Assembly: GCA_009103225.1 (NCBI GenBank)
Contig: RHPI01001132.1
Coordinates: 186,001-250,000, forward strand
Source of the DNA: Chlorokybus atmophyticus
Taxonomy: Eukaryota > Plantae > Mesostigma and Chlorokybus algae
Direction of reading: 5' to 3'
Length of the DNA stretch: 64,000 nucleotides
The translations under genes and the position numbers were made by a program. The notes under the pieces are model-generated. The model saw only the letters and a program-made list of their open reading frames with translations, was not told the origin of the DNA and ran no database searches. Positions 37,250 to 48,100 of this stretch are shown here, in pieces. Each line of letters opens with the position of its first letter. The first letter of the stretch is position 1.

Positions 37250-38500
37250 TGGTGAGTAAAGAACCAGGGCCAAAGCGGTAAAGATGTCTGCCAGCACCCA
37301 TTTACCGTCCGCGTGCGGACAAATCACGCCAGTACGCCCGAAGAATCTCCTAGCAGTTGATAAGATTCCTTTTGAATCCCCGCGTGCTGTGTTCAACACC
37401 ATACCCTTTTCGTTTCATCAAAGTAAGTCGGCGCGCGTCCGCGTCGGGGCTTACGGTGACTTATGATTGCTTCCACCTCGTACTCGAAAGTATCATCGCC
37501 ATCCACTGCGACAGGGGGTGGAGGAGGTTGAACACGACCGTCTGAATGGTATGGTTTTAATCACATGAAACACGTCATGTATATGTATGGATTGTGGTAA
37601 CTCCAAACGATACGCGTGCCGACCCGATTAACCACTTTGAAGGGGCCTATCCAGCGAGGGAAAATATTTCGGGTACCCACTCCCTTGATGATTATGTTTT
37701 TAGTGCTTAAGAGCACCGATTTACCCACATTATAATCGGCATGCCTACGATGCTTATCAGCTTGGGCTTTTTGTCTGTCTTGCGCTGCGCGCAGACAGCT
37801 CTTTGCCAACGCTAACCTGTCTTGCATGGCCGCAGCCATCTCGCGCGCTGCAGGCACGCGAGTCAAGTCGTTAGCCGGCAACTTAATACTTACTGCTCGC
37901 AGGACTTTGTGGATGCACTTCGTAATTTAAGAAAAACGGAGTTTCCTGCACACTCTCTTGCCATGCATTGTTGATCGCGAACTCAGCCATTAAAAGATAA
38001 TTATCCCAATGAGACTGGTTCGGACTCACATCCTGCCGAATGGTTTCCTCAATCACTTGGTTGGCGCGTGGAGTCTGACCATTAGTCTGAGGATGATAAG
38101 CGGTACTCATGTGCTGCTGTATCTGCAGGAAGTTGCATAGCGACTTCCAAAACTGGGCCACAAACCTCGGGTCACGGTCAGTCACAATGTTGCGAGGCAA
38201 GCCATGCAACTTGAACACTGACGCGACAAACACCATTGATAGATCACAGGAGCTTGTCTCCGTACGGCAAGAAATAATGTGAACCATTTTAAACAAACGA
38301 TCCACAAATATTGCAACCGCAGTGTGACCCAACGCTGTCTCAGGGAGCTCAGTGATAAGGTCCATACTCGCACTTTCTCGCTTACTGTTAGGAACTAGCA
38401 ACGGCCGCAGTAGCCCAGCGAGCTTTTTACGTAACGGTTTGTCACGTTGACATTTGTCACACGTGTTCACATACCGCTTCACATCAGCAGGCAACAATGG
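37250..38500 (-). pseudogene. Integrase plus chromodomain of chromovirus pol
   Basis: CDKCQRDK, SMDLITELP, IVTDRDPRF, STAYHPQTNGQ, RWIGPFKV. Chromodomain EYEVEAIISHR...KGYGVEHST...NLINC*EILRAYW with frameshifts. Confidence 0.9.
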
Positions 38501-38699
38501 CCATCAATACAACTGTTGCGCTGCCTTAGTGGTCTTGCGACTACCAAAGCGCCCAGCGTAAGGTGGATCGTGTACATACCGCTATGCATTTTACACGCAG
38601 TTCAGCATGGTCAGGTATCACCAAACTTTTGCTCATGTATCACAGATTGTCACGTTTGTCAAACTTTTGTAAGTTGTATGCAATAGAAAACCACGGGTC

Positions 38700-40700
38700 C
38701 AAAGTGTACCCCTGTACAACAATTTGCACAAACTCATCATCAAGAGACAATGTGTTGCGTGTCGCGAGTTATTGCGCGCGCATCACCGCCAGTAATGACG
38801 GACAGCGACTCAAAGGGTCAGCAACATTGTTTTTGCCCGGCCGATACACCCAATTAAAGGTGAACCTGGACAAAAACTCATTCCAGAGCGCTTGCCGTCT
38901 CGACAAGTTTTGCTGTGTTGAGAAATACACCAACGGGTTGTGATCAGTCACAACAGTGAACTAAACACCCTTTAAGTAACATCTCCATGTCTCAAGAGCA
39001 TGAACTATATCCAATAGTTCTTGCTCTGTCGTAGTGTAGTTCACCTCTGCAGAAATGAACTTCCTACTCTCATAAGCACAAGGTCTGCCAGCTTGCAACA
39101 GTACCGCACCACACCCAAGTGTTGATGCGTCACTGACCACTATGAAGTGTTTGTCCCAATTTGGCAGTGCTAACACCGGCGCCGATGTTAAAGCCAACTT
39201 CACCTTTTGCATAGCAGCTTCTTGTGCTGTTGTTCAAGTGAACGGGGCATCTTTACGCAACAGTTTGGTCAAAGGCATGACAACTGTCGAGTACCCCATC
39301 ATGAACTTGCGAAGTAGTTTGCCAACCTTGGAAATGACCTTAGTTGATGGACATTCTGAGGTTTGGGCCACTCTTTTACAACCTGTACTTTGCGAGGGTT
39401 AGGCTTGATACTCGCACCACTCACAATGTGACCAAGAAAGGGCAACTCCGTTTTACAAAAATTACGCTTGGTGAGATTTGCCAACAAACGATGCTTGCGC
39501 AATCTTGCAAACACCGCTTCCAAGTGTTGCCTATGTTCTTCCTGTGTTCTACTGAAGACAATGATGTCATCCAAGTAACTCATGACATGTTGACCAAGCA
39601 TATCGCCGAAAATTTTACTCACTTCCTTCTGAAACACAGCGAGTGCATTAGTCAATCCCAAAGGTAACATTTTGTATTGACAATGGCCCGTAGGTGTCCT
39701 GAACGCTGTCTTATAGACATCCGAAGGATGAATCCGGATATGATAATAGCCGCTTGTCAAGTCTAGCGTGCTTAAGTACGCATTCCCTGACAACTTGTCA
39801 AAAACATCATCAATCCTTGGGAACGGGTATCTGTTCTTTATCGTGATCGTGTTTAGAGCACAGTAATCCACACGCATGTGCAACTTCCCATTCTTTTTCC
39901 ATAACCAACAATATGGGTGCGCTAAAGGGTGAGGAACTTGGTTCAATCAATCCCTTTTTCAATTACTCTTTTATCTGTGTTTCCATTTCCCCCCTCTCAC
40001 GAGGGCTCAACTTATATATAGGCCAAAATGGAGGCTCACTATCAGGAATTAAAGGTATTGTGTGTCCGACACCTCGATCACTGATCCTGGCAGGGGGCAA
40101 GCCCGGCAACTCATATCAGAACACATTCTGAAATTTCTTAATAATGTCCGCCACACCTTCTGTATTGCCAGGCACCACATCATCACTCGACGTTAAGTGC
40201 ATTAGGAAAGCAGGGGTGTTTTTACGTAACGCACGCTTCACTTGAAGCGCCGTAAGTAACGCAGGGTCTGTTTGCTTGTATTTCAAGCTATGCAACCCCT
40301 GCACAGACAAAGTGATGCGCTTACGCCCCTTCTTTACTGTGCACAACCGTGCAGCAGTATCTAATGTCATAGACACTTGATCTTGCCATTCTTGGCCAAA
40401 TACCACATCAACACCAGCTATGTCAATGGGTACTACGATGAAAGTTAAATTGGCTTGATAACTACCAGTCTTAACTTTCAATTTGATTTCATCTTTTACT
40501 AATAACGCACATCCAGCACCAGCAGTTGAGAAGGCTGAGGGTTGACACGCTATATCTATTGCGCATAACCCATTTATCTTCGACGAAGTTATGCGTTGCC
40601 CCGGTGTCAACCAAGAACGAGCTAGTAATACCCTGTGCCGTGCCTGTGAAGGTCCACAATAAAGGTACTACTCGCCCTTGAAAGGTAGCCAAGATTCCAT
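38700..40700 (-). pseudogene. Protease / reverse transcriptase / RNase H of chromovirus pol
   Basis: LVDTGATHNFV (protease), RYPFPRIDD, LDLTSGYYHI, YLDDIIVFS (RT), SDASTLGCGAVLLQ, TDHNPL (RNase H). Multiple frameshifts. Confidence 0.92.
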
Positions 40701-41085
40701 GATTGATGCGTGGGTGAATAAATACTGCTGTCAACCGCACTGTTCCCGTCTCACGCTTTGTGAATTGTTTCAACACGGTTCTTTCCCGAGTATGCTTCAG
40801 CCATGGTCCATGGTTCTTCGGCACAATGACAGCCGCACTCAGTGTCGTGCGTTTATTTTGTATCTTACACAATGTGCGCAAAACTTCTGATAGCATGTTA
40901 AACTCTACATGCACTAGCACACAAGCATTGGCATCCACTTTTTCACTATCAAAAAGTCACAGCTTATCATGTGCTTGCCATGCATGTGTCATTACATGCA
41001 CACGAGACAATTCATCAAACCAGTTTGCTGTATGCAACACTAGCAACTGGCCACCAGATGAAGGTACATCAGTCACGACGTAATC

Positions 41086-42484
41086 CTATTCAACCTTCTT
41101 GGCCTTGCCCTTCCCCTTGGTTGGGCAGTTCTTCGCAATGTGACCTGGCTGATGGCACACGTAGCAGGCGCGTGCTGCAATAGGCGTAGCACCACTCGCA
41201 GGTGCATATGAGGTCTTGGCCTTTTTTGCCGCATGCACACTTGGTGGAGGGAACCGCTTCCCCCCTCCCCCAAGCGTGGGTTCCCGCGAACCTCGCAACC
41301 TCTGCAAGGTTGCGAGGTCCGCGGGAACCCACGCTTGCCCCGTCGACGTGTTGTACTGCAACTGGTTGCGCAAGCGCGCATCAAAGCCGCGCTTGTACAA
41401 GTCAAACTGCTCAGCCTTGTCCATGGGCATGAGCCAACTGTTGACACGGCCAACAAGTGCCTGAAACTCTTGCAAGTACACTGAAGCCGCCCGACCATTC
41501 TGTTGCAGCTTGGTAAGCTTGTTGCGAGCAGCAGTAGCCGAGTCCATGCCATCATAGCGCCACAAAAAACTGAAACAATGCCTCCATGGTCTTGGAAGCT
41601 CCATCCTCTATTTGACGTGCATACTTGGCCAAAGCGTCAAGTGGCATGAACAACTCAGCAACAGATGTATGCTCACTAATTGGTCGCTGAAGTGCAGGTA
41701 AGTAGCGCTTCACATTCACCACCCAATCATGAATGTTCACAGCCCCATTGGGCTTGAACTTCTCGGGCTTGTTCAGCGCTGTGACGGGTAGGCCAACTGA
41801 TGTCCCTGCTACAGTTGTGGTAGCCCCGGCCACCTGCTGACGTAATGCTACCAACTCGGACTGCATAGCATCGAGGCGTGCAGTCAAGCGCTCTTCTTGA
41901 GCTGACTTCTCCTCCAGCTCAGGCCCTAAGTACCAGAAGAGGTCCTTGCAACGCTTCTGAGTTTCCACCGTAAATAAGGTGAGAGCCTCGAACGCCATCC
42001 TCTGGCCTGGATACGGGCCTGGTTTGTCATAGGTGGCCATAAGAGCGGCCACTGCTGGATCTGTGCGCATGAGTTGCGGTACATTACGTGTCAACTCGTG
42101 CTCGATTATGCGAATCACCATCTCCTTGCTTGCGCGCGGGAGTGCCGCGAAGGCCGTATTATATGCATTACGGACTTGCTGCGCCCACTCATTCCACACG
42201 TCCTTGCGAAGCTGGGGGTGTGCGGCAAGAAGAGCTTCACGCTCTGATACGTACTTTGCTATGGCCGCCCCAATGATGCTCTGAGCGACCATATGTTGTT
42301 TGTCAAGAGAGGACTTCTTTGAGAAAGCTTCACCACTCTTGTACTTGGCTTCTTCCTCTTCACTGTTATTGTAACTACCACTCGTTTCCAAGTGCTTCAC
42401 TTCCTCATCACTTGATGGCTCATAGGATGAACCCTCAGAAACGATACATCCCGCCTTCCTCTCCTTGGCAAGACATCTGCCCAA
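41086..42484 (-). pseudogene. gag of chromovirus (with CCHC zinc knuckle) and upstream ORF segment
   Basis: KPEKFKP...WV, LTKLQQNGRAASVYLQEFQALV, CYVCHQPGHIAKNC. Split into two ORFs (41552-42484 and 41086-41604). Confidence 0.85.
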
Positions 42485-43365
42485 GGAGACAAGCCGTCAA
42501 TAAGTTTCAAGTGCACGAGCACACGAGTTGAGCACTCTGAAAGTGTTGAAATTTGTTGTTTCTTTCTCGTTGATTTCAAGGTGCTATACTTGGGCTAAAC
42601 AGCACGTAAAATGACTGCCCAACACCTCTCAACAGGACGCTCGCTTGTAAACCAGCCGTACGCGAATCCACGCGACGGTCATCAAGCTATTATAACTTAA
42701 AGTTTTTACTTCGTACAACCCTGCTCAACTCACAATTGCAAATGACACAAAAGGTGCCAAACTCTCGTTGAATTAGCCCTACAGGCTGATATCAACAAGT
42801 TGTGAGTCGAGGGTTTGATATCGACCGCCCAAATCGAATCTGGCGACCCTACCGCAGTGAATGGCGGCCAAAACAGCCCAAGTTGGCGTTAGACTGCTTT
42901 CTTGGGGTGGGAGATGTGTAAACAACTACACCCTCCCTTTACACCACCACGAATCCACGTGGTGGCAGCCCCAACCACGAGCACACTCACAAGTAATAAT
43001 GTGATAATTACAAGTGATGTGCTGGGATGCAATACTTGAGGTGAGGCTGCCTGAGTGGCCGCCTCCCCTTTACACTAATAAGCTAGGCTAGGCTAGGCAA
43101 GCTAGGCTAGGCTAAGCAAGCAAGGCAAGGCAAGGCTAGGCTACACCAACAGCAGCACTATACAATTGTACAACTATACAACAACAACAACTAGCTAACA
43201 ACTACCACTACCCAACCTAGTGGGTAGCGGCTGCTAGCTGCCGCCGCTGCCGCCGCTGTCAAGCCGCCGGCCTGACATCGGCACTGAGCAGCGTCGATTG
43301 CCGCCTCTGCGCCCCGTTGTTGCCGCCGCCCCCCCAGGCCCCCAATCCCTCGCTCCGATATTAAA

Positions 43366-43666
43366 TGTAAGATGGGGGGTGCTACTGCCCCCCTTAATCC
43401 CCTACCCCAACACCACCACCACAGCCACGTCGCCGCCGTCGCTGGCAGCCAGGGGATCGAAAGATCCCCTGGCTATGGCGGTCGCTGCGTTAGCAGCGCC
43501 GCCATGCGGCCGATATCGACTCAAGTCGATATCGGTGTCACATAACATAACTCCTTATGATGATCTAGGCCCTCATACGACTCTAATGGCTGTGTTTATC
43601 CCGTTGGGACCCCTATTTCTCATTAAATAAGGGCGGGGAACCGCATAGCGGTAGTGCTCCGTTACA
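43366..43666 (-). repeat. 5' LTR of chromovirus
   Basis: Homologous to 36869-37178 with substitutions and indels; followed by TSD CCTAC. Confidence 0.93.
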
Positions 43667-43768
43667 CCTACCCTCTGCTGCTAGCATCGACACACATGAA
43701 GAGTACCTCCGCGAAATCAACACCATGATCATGTCAATGCAGCGGGAGATAAGGCAACGGTACGCAGC

Positions 43769-44351
43769 TGTAACGGGAAGGTACATTATATTACCACAAA
43801 TCGACCATAAAAGCACCAAGTCTTTTGTGGTCGAGCGGGCTGTGACATTGGTCAGCGGAGCTTGAGACCCGGGGTCGATTCCTGCATTGCACACGAATTC
43901 CGCGGTCGTTGTTTCTCGATCCAATAACATCGTCAATGGTCACTTTATAAGTGCCATTATGGATGGGTCGCGACTTGCCTAATGGCAGTCGCGCCGAATT
44001 GACCAGTTCAGTCGGCGCGGCAGGCCGCGACCTGCCTGTCGCGGCGACGCGACCTGTGGGGCCGGCAGCGGCGCGATGTGCGCGCGTTGACCGGTATGGG
44101 CCTAAATTGGTCGGTCCTTGGGTGGTGGGGCCGGTGACTGACCCTAAATCAGACCCCTGGGATGATTCCCCAGCTGATGGGCGCCAGCCGAGGACGTTTG
44201 CGTTCTTAAGTGGGGGGAATGTAACGGAAAGGTGCATTAAATTACCACAAATCGACCATAAAAGCACCAAGTCTTTTGTGGTCTAGTGGTGGTAATTTAA
44301 TGTACCTTCCCGTTACATTCCAAGTCTTTTGTGGTCGGGTGGGCTGTGACA
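43769..44351 (+). mobile_element. TRIM-like non-autonomous LTR element
   Basis: LTR1 43769-43847 (TGTAAC...TGTGACA); LTR2 44220-44351. TSD GCAGC at 43764-43768 and 44352-44356. PBS-like TGGTCAGCGGAGC follows LTR1; PPT AAGTGGGGGGAA precedes LTR2. No coding capacity recognised. Confidence 0.9.
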
Positions 44352-45056
44352 GCAGCCCTCCAGCCATTCACCCTTGTGAAACGCCGCACTGCATCTTATG
44401 TCGATAACCTGAAAGATCCCAATCGGCGCCGGCCGCAAGAGACGTCTGCTAGTGACCCGCTCGCTGAGGCAGAAGCGGCATTTGAGTGGCTGGCGCAACC
44501 GTTCGAGGAGGAGGAAGAGCAAGCTCCAGCGTCTCCTCTACATGCCTTAGAACATGGTGCTTTGTTCCATAATGACGAGCAAGGCGATGATGGAGAGGAG
44601 CTACAGCGCAATTGGTAGTCCATTTAGCTGGTAGTGTACACAGCTGCAAGGCTCTTGTGACTTAAGAAGGTGCATCTTAAACCAGCTCAATCAATGGTCA
44701 TTATGCTAATGCATGTCAAAACTTGCATCCCTATGATATACTACAGAACTGCAGGCATTCGAGTCACATAATCGAATTACATGCCTTGGCAAGTGACTGA
44801 GAGACACTGTACACATTTCAGATACCTGTACACAGCACAGGCACATAACGATGTTGGCAGTCCATAACAGTCGCGTGTAGTCATGCTGTTCTAATACATA
44901 TATATATGTATATATGTGTATATATATATATGTATAACGACAGTTAGGCATCATTCACCTTTAGTTGCTTGAGAAATGCCTTATCTTGTCGACAACTTCT
45001 TAACTGGTGCTTGTGAATTAGGCTCAGTCGCCTGTGCTGGACTGTTGTGTAACCTG

Positions 45057-45310
45057 CAGGTGCCTGTTACATAGGCTAAGTCACTTATATAAGACTGATG
45101 TGTAATTTGCAGGTGTCTGTTAATTAATTATAGTCACTTGTTAAGGCCTGATAAGTAACTAACAGGTGCCTGTTGGTTAGGCATACTCACTTGTCAAGGC
45201 CTGATAAGTCACTAATAGGTGCCTGTTAATTACGCATAGTCAATTGCTAAGGCGCGATAAGTAACTAACAGGTGCCTGTTAATTGCGCATAGTCAACTGT
45301 TAAAGACTGA
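45057..45310. repeat. Degenerate tandem minisatellite, ~53-bp unit, about 5 copies
   Basis: Recurrent AGGTGCCTGTT....ATAGTCACTTGTyAAGGCCTGATAAGTAACTAAC. No unique spacers. Confidence 0.85.
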
Positions 45311-45464
45311 GTTGTAACGGAAAGGGCCTGATAGTAACGGAAATTGTACTCAGGTCCTTGTCTCGAGATAATTGGAGAACTGAGCCACGACAGTCTACAT
45401 TAATATTCAGGTGCAGGGCTGTTGCCAATAGTTAGTTGGCCGGCAGGAGAAACATTTTGCGATA

Positions 45465-46158
<694 letters not shown>

Positions 46159-48100
46159 ACCATTGTTGAAGAAGCCATGAAGACCCTTTGTGTATGATAG
46201 TTGAGTTCTACTATCTACCCTCCATGCATGCCTAGTGCTCCTATGTTGGAACCTCCTTTAATATGTTGATAGACTTGCATGTATTTGGTTGTTCAGTGGA
46301 CGTGTTTGTGTCCTGCAGGCTCTCTACTTGACCTGGTGTATATAGATCCTTACCATTGTTTGGCATTGCGTGTTATGCACGCGATAGACCAAGTATGTAC
46401 TGCGTGCTATCAACATGCATATATGTGACTCGAAACATACACCACTTTAACGGTCTAACATATTGTATCAGTGTCAATGATAACTGAGTGTGATGGCAAA
46501 TCACATCACAACTCCAAGTAGCTCGCGTCCATTGCAAGTTGATGAAGCATATCTTGCTAGTGGCAGATTGTGCTTGATTATATGAAAACCTCATGTAGCG
46601 CTGCATTAAAAGTGTCCCCTCGGATTGTGCTACACGCCGAATTGCGGCGCCGAAAGCATGTAATGTAGTAATGTGGCATGTTCGTGCATGAGCAATTGTC
46701 AACATTTGCATAGCACAGTACTGTGCTAACGTCCGCAAGCAACACCACAATCGGGTTTTATCAATAAAATCATTGCGTGTACCTTAACTACCGCCTTGCC
46801 CCTATGACAATACATAACCAATAGTAGAGTTGCGTTTATAGCAAACTTTAGCATTCCCTCTAAGCCGTGTGCATGAAGCAAGCAATGTGCAAACATCAGG
46901 CAAAGTGCAAGCAAACAGTAGCACACTCAATTTGCATGGGGATCAAGGCAGAGTTAACCTACATGTGACACACATGGTGCTCATGCGACGTTTAATTAAT
47001 TAAGCACATTGCTTGCTTGCATTGATACTGTCAAGTAATGTATGCAGACATCACACATCTTTACTTGCATCAAAAGCAGTCACTTGATATGAATCACTAT
47101 GCGTGTGTGTGGTTAAGCAAGGAGCTGATGCAGTGTAGCATCGTCATACACTTCTACATGTATATATTAGAAAGCACAAATATGTAGGTTGTCATCAAGT
47201 TTTGCAACAATCTTTGTGTAGGTTAGCACTTATATGTTCATAAAATAATGCGACTCACATTGAGTTACTTAATGCCGATGCTCTTTTTCAGCATACACTT
47301 GTTTGCCTATGCTACTATGATGTTATACACTGCATATCATGCGGTCGAATATGTCTTTTTGTAAGGTTTATTTGTGTCTCTATTCCTTGTTTGTGAATCA
47401 AGAATGACAAGCAGCATTATACGCATATATTATGAACAGTTTCACCCGCGCATAGCGGTTATTTCAACACATGCATGAAACAGAGTTGGCAATATATCAA
47501 GCCTAAACCACAATCGCAAATCGCACTGTTGGGCAGGGGACCCCGCTAGGTCCAAGCTTGTCTGTAAACATGAGTTGCTTTCAGCTGATATGTGTATATT
47601 AGGGGTATGGTACAGTGTGCGTGCCAACTCAGTGACATGGACGATCAAACCTAGTGTAATAGCATACAAAACACAAGAAGTTTGACGCGTTGATGTGCTA
47701 CGCGCGACTCTTTCACCACATAATCTGAGAGAGCTGTACCAGATGATGTGCTGTGCATGTCTCTTTTACCACAATCTGCGCGAGTGCCGTACTAAAACAT
47801 ACCCTCATATGAGGGACCATGAGAATGCACAAGTAAGGCTGCCTTGAAGCGGGTCCACAAGATGCCACTTGCAGAGATAGGTCATTAGTCTTCCACCCAT
47901 TCTTACTCTGGTATGCAATCAACTTGTAACAAATGCGCAGTCAGAATGTACACACATGCTATGAAGTACACAAAGCAACGCTTACGTCCAAGAACTCAAT
48001 GTACATAGCCATGCATAGCAGAAAACCAAGCGGCTGAACAAGAACTGCATGCCGCAATACAATACACTATACAATATGCCACTAAATGAAGTCGACAAAA

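Larger units (their letters stand above)
36869..43666 (-). mobile_element. Full-length Ty3/Gypsy chromovirus LTR retrotransposon (degenerate)
   Basis: LTRs 36869-37178 and 43366-43666 (TGTAA...TTACA). 5-bp TSD CCTAC at 36864-36868 and 43667-43671. PPT at about 37179-37190. Degenerate iMet-like PBS (TAATATCGGAGC). Order gag-PR-RT-RNaseH-IN-chromodomain. Confidence 0.95.
35361..44618 (+). pseudogene. Uncharacterised multi-exon gene split by two LTR-element insertions
   Basis: Removing 36869-43671 and 43769-44356 restores one frame: KGKDADPLLPSAASIDTHEEYLREINTMIMSMQREIRQRYAALQPFTLVKRR...QRNW*. Upstream pieces include DPERRRYIHEWGNPIIWQMIVQCW. Several in-frame stops. Confidence 0.6.

Noticed and set aside
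43848-43890. tRNA gene
   Set aside because: Only a PBS-like start and a B-box-like 11-mer; no cloverleaf can be drawn.
45057-45310. Possible CRISPR array
   Set aside because: Units are contiguous degenerate tandem repeats with no unique spacers, there are no cas genes, and the context is eukaryotic.
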